Under the pieces are notes generated by a model. That model saw nothing but the letters and a program-made list of their open reading frames with translations, was not told the origin of the DNA and did not search any database. This document shows positions 18,023 through 25,295 of a stretch of DNA of 55,782 nt, piece after piece (positions within the stretch are counted from its first letter, which is position 1; every line of letters starts with the position of its first letter). This stretch comes from a virus. The translations under genes were made by a program, and so were the position numbers. The DNA is taken from IMG/VR virus record IMGVR_UViG_3300045988_088382. One strand, 5' to 3'.

Positions 18023-18739
18023 ATGAAAGCGTATACAGAAATCTTGAAGGATATCGCCACCGCCCGCGCGGGCATAGTTGACACCACGAAGGCCGAAAAA
18101 GACTTTACGCGGAAAGCGATGATTACTGCGCGGAAATCCGGAACTGATGCGGAATTTGACGCGGCCGAGGCCGCGTACAAGGCCGCGGAAGAAAAGTATG
18201 TAGCCGAGTGTAAGCACAACGAAGACCTGCAAATAGCGCTTGAAATCCTGAAAGATAACGCCGCACAAGCGTTTTTCGCGGAAAATATCGGCGTCATCTG
18301 CGATATTTGGAACAAATACGCGGGAAAGCCCCACGGGGAAAAGACCTCTGACAAAATCCGCAAAGAATTGTTTGCGGCTTTGGGTGTCCGGGTTTGGATC
18401 GGCAACAAATACAATGACGCGAGCGTTACCTGCTATTTCGACGCGCCCGCCCCATTCCGTGGCCTTGAATTTTGCGCAACCCGCTCCAACGGGGAAAACG
18501 TCCCCGCGTTGATCGGTAACAAAATCCAGTCACTATGCCCGGAGGTTTTCCGCGTCTACAACTGTGGCGCGTATGTGGACGACGTGCCCGCCCACGTGCA
18601 GGCCATCCGAGAGGCGTACGACAAAGCCCGAGCGGCTGAAGCCGCTTTTGCGGCTGCCGTGTCGGATTATAACGCTTTGACGCGCGGCAACATTGCCCAG
18701 GCGTCCACCCGTGAGGGCGTGAAACGCTGGTTTCTTTAA
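18023..18739 (+). CDS. hypothetical protein (238 aa)
   Basis: ATG at 18023 after AGAGAGGA; MKAYTEILKDIATARAG...; no family recognised. Confidence 0.7.
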   Translation: MKAYTEILKDIATARAGIVDTTKAEKDFTRKAMITARKSGTDAEFDAAEAAYKAAEEKYVAECKHNEDLQIALEILKDNAAQAFFAENIGVICDIWNKYAGKPHGEKTSDKIRKELFAALGVRVWIGNKYNDASVTCYFDAPAPFRGLEFCATRSNGENVPALIGNKIQSLCPEVFRVYNCGAYVDDVPAHVQAIREAYDKARAAEAAFAAAVSDYNALTRGNIAQASTREGVKRWFL

Positions 18740-18760
18740 TTTTTGATGGGGGGTTATATC

Positions 18761-19039
18761 ATGCCCAAATCATACACCCCGACGCGCGAGCAGCGCGCGG
18801 AGCTGGAAAGCCTCGCCTATTGGATAGCGGATCGAGCTTGGAGCCGCGAGCGTGGCGAGCTGGACGAGCACGAGGATCAACGCACGAATAACACGATCCG
18901 CGCCATCTTTGACGCGCTGGATCGGCTGCGCGTCCCGTATTGGGCGCAAAACGCCGTGATCTGCTGGGCGGGGGATTGGCGGCGCACGATGTGCGAGGAT
19001 CTGCGGGACGCGATGCGCGCCCGGTCAATAATCTTGTAA
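18761..19039 (+). CDS. hypothetical protein (92 aa)
   Basis: ATG at 18761 after GGGGGG; MPKSYTPTREQRAELESLAYW... Confidence 0.6.
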   Translation: MPKSYTPTREQRAELESLAYWIADRAWSRERGELDEHEDQRTNNTIRAIFDALDRLRVPYWAQNAVICWAGDWRRTMCEDLRDAMRARSIIL

Positions 19040-19061
19040 TTTTCAGATAGGGGGCATTGCG

Positions 19062-19217
19062 ATGAAATTTGAGCGATTCCCAAAACGCTGCTATTTATGC
19101 GGTAAACCATTTTCACAAGCCGCCAAGGCTATCCCTGTAATAGGCGGGAAATGCGCGCCCGGTTATATTTGCCCCGCCTGCTATGCCAAACTATTTAAGA
19201 CGCCCGAAAGGCTATAA
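19062..19217 (+). CDS. small zinc-ribbon protein (51 aa)
   Basis: MKFERFPKRCYLCGKPF...GYICPACYAKLF with two CxxC pairs. ATG after GGGGCA. Not in the ORF track (under 60 aa). Confidence 0.5.
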   Translation: MKFERFPKRCYLCGKPFSQAAKAIPVIGGKCAPGYICPACYAKLFKTPERL

Positions 19218-19254
19218 GAAGGGGAAAAATGAAATCCTCGTATTCCAAAATTGA

Positions 19255-19277
19255 GGGGTATTGATACCCCTTTTTTT
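19255..19277 (+). terminator. intrinsic terminator of the plus-strand operon
   Basis: ggggta-ttga-tacccc followed by ttttttt. Confidence 0.8.
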
Positions 19278-19302
19278 ATGCCCTCGTTATTCGCCGCCTA
19301 TT

Positions 19303-19380
19303 TGCCCGTGTAGCGGTCTTGCGCGTCCCGATGGTATCTTGGTACCACCCCGACACGCAAGGCCGCTACACGGGCATTTT
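19303..19380 (+). terminator. very long hairpin (25-bp arms, 2 mismatches) followed by TTTT
   Basis: tgcccgtgtagcggtcttgcgcgtc ...24 nt... gacacgcaaggccgctacacgggca tttt. The loop contains a KpnI-like mini-palindrome. Confidence 0.6.
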
Positions 19381-19408
19381 AGACCGTTTCACGGCGTGCC
19401 CCTGACCG

Positions 19409-19665
19409 GCAGCAGGGCTTCACCAGCTCCAGCAGCTCCAGCAGCGCCCGGAACGTCGGCAGGGGCTTCACCAGCTCCAGCAGCGCCCGGATCGTCGGCA
19501 GTGGCTCCACCAGCTCCACCAGCGCCCGGATCGTCGGCAGGGGCTCCACCAGCTCCACCAGCGCCCGGATCGTCGGCAGGGGCTACCAGGACGGCAGGGG
19601 CTTCACCAGCTCCACCAGCTCCACCGGCGCCCGGATCGTCGGCAGCGGCTTCCAGGGCGGCAGGG
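19409..19665. repeat. about 6 tandem copies of a GC-rich 39-nt unit (ggcaggggctccaccagctccaccagcgcccggatcgtc)
   Basis: Read directly. Both strands are open across it only because of the repeat. Confidence 0.85.
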
Positions 19666-19830
19666 GCTACCCGACAACGGCGCGCAACCACAGCCGCGCG
19701 GGCGCAATCGAGCACCGCCCCACGCGCGCATCTGCGCAGCTACGCGGGCACACATAGCTGTGCGAACGCATACGCGCGCAGCCGCACAAGCGATCTCACG
19801 TACAGCCGCGCTGGAGGTGTACGCGCGCAA

Positions 19831-19902
19831 CCACACAGCCGTTCGGGCGCATAGCCACGCGGCCGTTCGGGCACATAGCCACACAGCCGTTCGGACGTAT
19901 AG
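19831..19902. repeat. 3 x 24-nt tandem repeat ccacacagccgttcgggcgcatag
   Basis: Units at 19831, 19855 and 19879 with 2-4 substitutions each. Confidence 0.85.
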
Positions 19903-20113
19903 CCGCTTGATTTTTACGCCTGTCTGTAAACACCTTCGGCAGCATCGCGCGGCGCTTTCCCGGAAAGCAAGCGATAAGACCAAGCGATGGCGTGAAAACA
20001 AGCGATGACGCGATCCCCGCGCCCTCACAGGCTGTTGGTTCACTGCTCAGACAGTTTCCTGCCCGTTCTAGGCGTTTTCCTGCGCCGCGTGATATTCTTT
20101 ATCATCCTACGCG

Positions 20114-20139
20114 GCTAAACGCTCAGACGGGCGTTTAGC
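20114..20139. other. 9-bp perfect hairpin gctaaacgc-tcagacgg-gcgtttagc
   Basis: Read directly. Confidence 0.6.
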
Positions 20140-20153
20140 TACTCTCACGCGCT

Positions 20154-20297
20154 CACGCCGTGGGATTTTGAAAACCATACGCCCACGCCGTGGGATTTTG
20201 AAAATCGCGCATGCCGTGGGCTTTTGAAAACTGTACGCTCACGCCGTGGGATTTTGAAAAGCCCATCAGGCAAAATCATCCTGTGGGCTTTTGATTT
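20154..20297. repeat. 5 direct copies of CGTGGG(A/C)TTTTGA boxes (4 as cacgccgtgggattttgaaaa), 26-39-nt spacing, abutting the terS stop
   Basis: Copies start at 20154, 20184, 20210, 20240 and 20279. The last forms part of the terS terminator. Confidence 0.85.
20251..20290 (-). terminator. intrinsic terminator after terS
   Basis: Minus strand: AGCCCACAGG-atgattttg-CCTGATGGGCT followed by TTTTCAAAAT. Confidence 0.7.
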
Positions 20298-20943
20298 ATT
20301 CAATTGTGTAGTCTGTGTCAACGTCCATCTGCATAAACTCGTCTGGCTCTGGCAAATTCTTTGCGATTTCCTCCGGCGTAAGCGGTTCATTGCTGTCATC
20401 CGCGCTTGCCGAAACAACGATTTCCTGACGGTCACTCATGCCGTAATAGTTCTTAGAACGGAAGATATATGTCACCGGATTCATCTTGCCGGATTCGGTC
20501 AAAACTGCGTCTGTGGCGTGTATCATCTCTAAAGCTTTTTTAGCGATGAGTTTTGTACTTATACCCGGTAAAGGCTCATCACGGAATCCCTTATTCATTC
20601 CACTCCGCCAAGCCCTGAGCGTTTCGGACGTATACCCGCAATACAAACCAAGTTCCTCAACCGTTGGAGGGATGGCGCGATTTTGAATTTGATTGAAATA
20701 GTCATCAAGACGCTCTAGCAGCTCGGCGTTGCTCTGTACAGGCTTCATCAAAAATGCCTTCCGCAGATGGCCTATCGTATCGCCGAGAAGGTTCTTTGTC
20801 TCCGGCTTATCCAGATCCGCATAGCCTTGAGGGGCTAAGGATTCACGGGGCTTAAATTCAAACTCCGTCACCGCGTCTGGGCTTTTCAGAAAATTGCTTC
20901 CCCGATTGCTTACGCGGTTAGAGTTGTCACGCTTCGTCGCCAC
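20296..20943 (-). CDS. terS: terminase small subunit (gp3-type DNA packaging protein)
   Basis: 215 aa; GTG 7 nt after GAAGGAGGTG. Pattern PPTVEELGLYCGYTSETLRAWRSG ... NPVTYIFRSKNYYGMSD resembles the HTH plus IF.LKN..GW.D signature of small terminases. Confidence 0.7.
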   Translation of the reverse strand: MATKRDNSNRVSNRGSNFLKSPDAVTEFEFKPRESLAPQGYADLDKPETKNLLGDTIGHLRKAFLMKPVQSNAELLERLDDYFNQIQNRAIPPTVEELGLYCGYTSETLRAWRSGMNKGFRDEPLPGISTKLIAKKALEMIHATDAVLTESGKMNPVTYIFRSKNYYGMSDRQEIVVSASADDSNEPLTPEEIAKNLPEPDEFMQMDVDTDYTIE

Positions 20944-20958
20944 GTCGCGTCACCTCCT

Positions 20959-21321
20959 TCACACATAGAAAAAATGCAGCCCCTTGATCGCTTTACGTCC
21001 GTAACTTTGGAGCGACTTGTTGATATCACCGGGAGCGATCCCGAAAGCCTTTGAAGCCTCGGACACGCTATCGTATGTCGTATTGTTTTCCCAGCAATGC
21101 ACGGGCTTACGTCTTCCGTCTTGTCTTGGGAGGCTCTTTCGTTCCTCAAGCAGCAAATACCTTCTTTCCCGCAAATATTTTTCAAATAAATTTTCCGGGG
21201 TCATTTTGCAAACCGCCTTTCTCTTCATTTTCCGGGCGCGGCAATCCAATCCGCATCGTGTCCCGAAATGGCCGTTTTCGGGCACTTTCGAGCCTGAAAT
21301 TTTAGTTATGTTTCTATCCAT
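20959..21321 (-). CDS. NUMOD1-like HTH DNA-binding protein (start uncertain: 21321, 21228 or 21204)
   Basis: C-terminal HCWENNTTYDSVSEASKAFGIAPGDINKSLQS...GLHFFYV resembles the DNA-binding module of homing endonucleases. First gene of the terS operon. Confidence 0.5.
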   Translation of the reverse strand: MDRNITKISGSKVPENGHFGTRCGLDCRARKMKRKAVCKMTPENLFEKYLRERRYLLLEERKSLPRQDGRRKPVHCWENNTTYDSVSEASKAFGIAPGDINKSLQSYGRKAIKGLHFFYV

Positions 21322-21348
21322 ACTTTGACCAAGGCTGAAACGGGGTCT

Positions 21349-21804
21349 GGTGTAGGGTGGTGTAGGGTTTACCCAAGGGGCCCTAACGCGGGGCTAGGGG
21401 CAGATGTAATTAGCTTTTAGGGTGTGCAGACCCTACACCGCCTACACCAACTTCACGCCGCTCCGTAAAAAGTTCTGTGCAGACCCTACACCGCCTACAT
21501 TTTTAGTGCATCTTACACAAAGGATTGTCTACCCGGATTGTGCATCTGGTTTTTCAAATTAACAACTGCTCCCGTGACTACCCTACACCGCCTACACCGC
21601 TACCCTACACCTTGCCTACACCTTGCCTACACCACCCTACACCACCCTACATCTTATAACAAGTGGCCTCAATCAAAAGTTTGTGCAAATGCCTACACAC
21701 CCTACACCAGCGCATATTCGCACGAAAAAGTTTGTGCAAATGCCTACACTGCCTACACCCGTTTTATCTGTAACGCATGTCATTTGGTGTAGGGTGGTGT
21801 AGGC
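21349..21804. repeat. array L1: 19 CCTACAC(C)-type boxes (15 forward, 4 inverted at the two edges) plus two aaaagtttgtgcaaatgcctacac units
   Basis: Counted by eye. The 24-nt left edge ggtgtagggtggtgtagggtttac equals the reverse complement of 44960..44983. ORF-free 540-bp gap. Confidence 0.9.
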
Positions 21805-21861
21805 AAATTTTCCCGAAAAACCGCCCCTCAAACAGGGTCAAAACTCGTTTTATCGGGCTAG

Positions 21862-22068
21862 TTATTTATCCTCGGAATTACTTATCGTTTCATTCTCTTT
21901 TTTCTGGCATTCCCGCGCCTGTTTGATTAGGGAAATCGTCTCCTCGAAGAAGCTGTTTGACATAAACACGAGCGCCTTAACCGCCCGGCGTTGACCGACG
22001 GCTCTACCCGCCATGAACCCGGCCAGCAAAAGGCCGATGTCCGTAATCACCCAAAGCATCAGATTCAT
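21862..22068 (-). CDS. small membrane protein
   Basis: ATG at 22068 (ATGA overlap with the upstream stop). N-terminal hydrophobic helix LMLWVITDIGLLLAGFMAG. Confidence 0.55.
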   Translation of the reverse strand: MNLMLWVITDIGLLLAGFMAGRAVGQRRAVKALVFMSNSFFEETISLIKQARECQKKENETISNSEDK

Positions 22069-22322
22069 GCGCAATCACTCTCCACTTTCAGTCTCTTAAA
22101 CTCCTTAAAGGCGTAGGCTTGGCTTGACGTCGTGAGAAGCCATTTATCGCCCTTCCAGACGTGCCAGAGCGGCAGGCGACCTAACGGGTTATCCGTTCTG
22201 GCGGCGCTGTAGAACAGCCTTAAATCCTTGTAAACCTCCACTCGCGCCAGCCCAGGCTTTCCGTCTGTCCGACTGAGATCTCCGTTAAACGTCGCCGCCC
22301 ATCTTTCAAGCATCTTTCCCAT
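22065..22322 (-). CDS. hypothetical protein (85 aa)
   Basis: ATG 4 nt after the SPFH stop; RBS GAGGG. Confidence 0.55.
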   Translation of the reverse strand: MGKMLERWAATFNGDLSRTDGKPGLARVEVYKDLRLFYSAARTDNPLGRLPLWHVWKGDKWLLTTSSQAYAFKEFKRLKVESDCA

Positions 22323-22323
22323 G

Positions 22324-23199
22324 TCAGCCCTCGGGGTTAATCAAATCGCCCATGTCCACAATCGGCGTCGCGCCAGATCCGCTGATAATAGGAAGCTGAC
22401 CGTTCCACTTTTTAATGTACTCCTTCTGGATCACTTTATCGGTAATGCTCTTTGCTTCCATTTCGAGGCGGTAACTTTCTGCATCGGCCTGAATCCTGAC
22501 GGCTTCCGCGTCCGCTTCCGCAGCGATTTTCTTCATCTCAGCATCAGCCTGAGCCTTGATCTTTTCGCGCTTGGCCTCGGCCTCCGCGATGATGGTCTGC
22601 TGCTCCTGTTCAGTCTGCGTTTGCAGTTTCTTCTGAGTGGCCACTTGCTTGGCCTCCACCGCGTCGGTGAAAGCATCGCTAAAGTCGATATCCGTGATCG
22701 CCACGTCTTGGATTTTTACATCGTAGATTTCCATTTTAGAGTAGACCGCTTCGTAGACTTCGGTGGAAATGCCGTCACGTTCGGAAATCAGCTCTTCTGC
22801 CGTATATTTTGAGAATACGGCTTTAACCGCATCCAGAATACACGGCTCCATGATCTTGCTCCCGTAATCAGTGCCGACCTGTGAATAGATACGCCTCGCG
22901 CCGTCTTCGGACAGCTTGTAATTGCAGGTCATCTTGATATCGACCTGTTGGATATCCTTGCTAAATGCCGAGCAGGCGACCTCGTACTTCTGCCAGCGGC
23001 AATCCATTTTAATAACGGATTTCCACGGCGGCGTGAGGTAAAATCCGGGTTTCAGGATATCCGGCTCGGCTTTGCCAAAGGTCAGTACGATGCCGACAAA
23101 GCCCTCTTTGATCGTGGTTGCCGAGGCTTGGCGCACAGTAACGCAGGCGCCGACAGCAAGGGCCGCAATCAGAAAAACCAAAGCGATAATCTTTTTCAT
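22324..23199 (-). CDS. SPFH / band-7 (prohibitin-HflC-like) membrane protein
   Basis: 291 aa. N-terminal signal/anchor MKKIIALVFLIAALAVGAC. SPFH-like core (EGFVGIVLTFGK...) followed by a long Ala/Glu/Lys coiled coil. RBS GGAGGAA. Confidence 0.8.
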   Translation of the reverse strand: MKKIIALVFLIAALAVGACVTVRQASATTIKEGFVGIVLTFGKAEPDILKPGFYLTPPWKSVIKMDCRWQKYEVACSAFSKDIQQVDIKMTCNYKLSEDGARRIYSQVGTDYGSKIMEPCILDAVKAVFSKYTAEELISERDGISTEVYEAVYSKMEIYDVKIQDVAITDIDFSDAFTDAVEAKQVATQKKLQTQTEQEQQTIIAEAEAKREKIKAQADAEMKKIAAEADAEAVRIQADAESYRLEMEAKSITDKVIQKEYIKKWNGQLPIISGSGATPIVDMGDLINPEG

Positions 23200-23212
23200 A
23201 AATATTCCTCCA

Positions 23213-23626
23213 TTAAATTTTTCGTTTTTGTTGTTCCTCCCAATACGGAAGGCTCATTTTGTTATACCACTCATTCCATTTTTCGTATTCATCGTCATAT
23301 CTCGGCTTGAATCGGTCTAAATGCGCGCTTTGCATACATTCTTCGCACCGCGTATGCTTTGTCAGCGAATTGTGCGTATGGTATTTGCACATACTGCAGG
23401 TTTTGTATGGATTACATACCCATAGCTGACTTATCCAGATACATTCTTCCAGCGTTAATCTGGGTGTTGTCCATCCGCAGAATTTCCATCCGTTCAGCTC
23501 AACTTCATATGCACATTTGCTGCACCGATCTTTTTCCCAAGAGTTCCGCAACACGCCAAATTCATTCTTTGGGCATAAGGGTTCTTCGCTTGCTATCCGA
23601 TTCGACCGAACAATTCTTGCCGCCAC
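23213..23626 (-). CDS. Cys-rich protein (137 aa)
   Basis: GTG at 23626, 7 nt after GGGAGGA. Multiple CxxC/CxxH pairs (CSKCAYE, CSMCKYH, CEECMQSAH). Confidence 0.5.
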   Translation of the reverse strand: MAARIVRSNRIASEEPLCPKNEFGVLRNSWEKDRCSKCAYEVELNGWKFCGWTTPRLTLEECIWISQLWVCNPYKTCSMCKYHTHNSLTKHTRCEECMQSAHLDRFKPRYDDEYEKWNEWYNKMSLPYWEEQQKRKI

Positions 23627-24087
23627 GGGTGTTCCTCCCTGTTGATATGTTTTCTGGCGTTCGCTATGCTTTTTTGAGCAATCAGCAGGTGCTTTTCGCA
23701 CAGCTTTTTTCCTTCCGCGTGTGGCTCTGTGCAGTACAGGCATTCTCCCGGCGGCTTCCATTCCGCATGTTTATGATTTCTAGCGTCTTTGAACAAGTGA
23801 AATTGACAGCGCACTTTTCCCGGCACGGCCGGCCTAGCACACGCTATGCACTGACCTTTTTCCTTTCTGATCGCCACCCTGCGCGCGTTGGCTTGTTTTT
23901 TCGAGGCTTTGTAACCTTTTCTTTCACGATAACGCCCTTGGCGTTTCCTTTCTTTTTCAAGGCAATCAAAGCATCTGACGCGACCCAGCATTGCGTCTTC
24001 GCGGCCGCAAGTAACGCAGATCCCGTGAGCCTTGTACCACGCATACCTTTCAGCGCTTTTCGCGTGCTGACGTTCCTCGGCAATCAC
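23593..24087 (-). CDS. triple zinc-ribbon-like protein (164 aa)
   Basis: GTG at 24087, 6 nt after GAGGTG. Three repeats of CxxC...CxxC/H (CVTCG..CFDC, CIAC..CQFH, CLYC..CEKH). Confidence 0.55.
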   Translation of the reverse strand: MIAEERQHAKSAERYAWYKAHGICVTCGREDAMLGRVRCFDCLEKERKRQGRYRERKGYKASKKQANARRVAIRKEKGQCIACARPAVPGKVRCQFHLFKDARNHKHAEWKPPGECLYCTEPHAEGKKLCEKHLLIAQKSIANARKHINREEHPWRQELFGRIG

Positions 24088-24097
24088 GGTATTCACC

Positions 24098-24271
24098 TCA
24101 CATCCGCATTCCCAGCGCGGCGCAAAGTCCATACACCATGTAATATACGCAGACGCAAAGCGTATATTTGAAGAGCTCATTGACTTTGTCATGCGCGATT
24201 GCAAAATCATAGATTACAAAGAACACGCAGGTGCAAATCGCCGGAATTATAGGGAACTCAAGCGTAATCAC
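24098..24271 (-). CDS. small membrane protein (57 aa)
   Basis: GTG at 24271, 7 nt after GGAGGAG; hydrophobic IIPAICTCVFFVIYDFAI and LCVCVYYMVYGLCAAL. Confidence 0.5.
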   Translation of the reverse strand: MITLEFPIIPAICTCVFFVIYDFAIAHDKVNELFKYTLCVCVYYMVYGLCAALGMRM

Positions 24272-24405
24272 GGCTTTTTCTCCTCCGTTTCCCACGCATC
24301 AATACAAGCTCGCGGAAGTTTCGCAACGAAGCTTCGACCGCACTTCGCGCAAACGTAAGTAAAAAAGTAATACTCTTCATCGTGCCTCGTTTTGGTCTGT
24401 ACCAT
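24268..24405 (-). CDS. possible small protein (45 aa)
   Basis: MVQTKTRHDEEYYFFTYVCAKCGRSF...; no clear RBS. Confidence 0.35.
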   Translation of the reverse strand: MVQTKTRHDEEYYFFTYVCAKCGRSFVAKLPRACIDAWETEEKKP

Positions 24406-24446
24406 CGCGAAGCGATGTCGGCATAGCTTCTGCCGGATTCACGTCA

Positions 24447-24875
24447 TCAGCTTTCCCACGGTGTCGCCTCCATCTCTTCCTTGGTTGGCTTGCGCAGCCA
24501 GCAGCGCCAGTTTTCCCCATAGGCCGGTTCAAAAAATTGGCTATTCACCAAACGCTTTACCGTTGTCGTGCGGTCGAAAGCAAGCTCCGGAAGGTCAATC
24601 GCCATCCATCGACTTACGCTGCTACGAACCTTGTCTTCATACCACAGCGGCGCAGCATCAGCGCCCTCTGTGCAATATGCTTTCAACTCTTCTAGCGTTA
24701 GCACGCGATTCTTCGGCTCGACGCGGCGCATCGCCATTCGGAACGCCGATTCAGGATCAACGCCGACTGGCGAATCCCAGCCGCATTTCGTGCAGACGTA
24801 GCAAAATGCGTCTTTACACAAATGCATCAACTCCATGTCAGCCCCGCATCCGGGGCATTTGGGCGTTTCACTCAT
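24447..24875 (-). CDS. protein with N-terminal Lar-like zinc ribbon (142 aa)
   Basis: ATG at 24875 after GAGGGAAAG; MSETPKCPGCGADMEL...CYVCTKCGWDSP. Confidence 0.55.
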   Translation of the reverse strand: MSETPKCPGCGADMELMHLCKDAFCYVCTKCGWDSPVGVDPESAFRMAMRRVEPKNRVLTLEELKAYCTEGADAAPLWYEDKVRSSVSRWMAIDLPELAFDRTTTVKRLVNSQFFEPAYGENWRCWLRKPTKEEMEATPWES

Positions 24876-25041
24876 CGCTCTTTCCCTCTCTTTCCTCTTC
24901 AAGCTGCTTGATGTAGGCGAGCGCGTCAGCATTCAGCGCGGACATACATCCCGTCTCGCTCTCGCAATACGGGCAATCCGTGCATCTCTCACACAAAAGG
25001 CACAAACTCACGGCTTTCTTGATCTCATCAGGCGTTTTCAT
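24868..25041 (-). CDS. small Cys-rich protein (57 aa)
   Basis: ATG at 25041 after AAAGGAGGAAG; CLLCERCTDCPYCESETGC. Confidence 0.55.
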   Translation of the reverse strand: MKTPDEIKKAVSLCLLCERCTDCPYCESETGCMSALNADALAYIKQLEEEREGKSDE

Positions 25042-25295
25042 CGTTCTTCCTCCTTTTCCGCTCCTTCTCGATCTCCGCATCTCCCGGATTTAAGTTGCAA
25101 AACCAGGCTTACAAGCTCCTTATTCGTAACATTCTCCTTGCCAAATAAGGATTTTTTAAGTTGACGGCAAGTTTCAATCGCCGAAATCGCCGTTTGTTGT
25201 CGCTCAATCCACTCGTCATAGGTGGCGGTTTGATTGGCGTTAAAGTCAATGTTGTCATTTAGCCATTTAAGCGTACGCTCCTCGGTGGTGCTCAT
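25038..25295 (-). CDS. hypothetical protein (85 aa)
   Basis: ATGA overlap with the upstream stop. Confidence 0.55.
   Translation of the reverse strand: MSTTEERTLKWLNDNIDFNANQTATYDEWIERQQTAISAIETCRQLKKSLFGKENVTNKELVSLVLQLKSGRCGDREGAEKEEER

Larger units (their letters stand above)
16538..20295. mobile_element. candidate inserted module splitting terS from terL
   Basis: It has its own promoters and terminators, an opposite-strand operon, a serine recombinase and 1 kb of repeats between two genes that normally abut. Confidence 0.4.

Noticed and set aside
19261-19854. 197-aa plus-strand and 108/146-aa minus-strand ORFs across the repeat tract
   Set aside because: They are open only because of the GC-rich tandem repeats. 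They have no RBS and sit between terminators. The translations are pure low-complexity (PAPG/AGG). I kept them as a repeat feature with a coding caveat.
21538-21792. 84-aa plus-strand ORF within array L1
   Set aside because: It is a product of the CCTACACC periodicity (a PTPCLHLAYTTLHHPT-type translation). It has no RBS and runs antisense to the operon direction.
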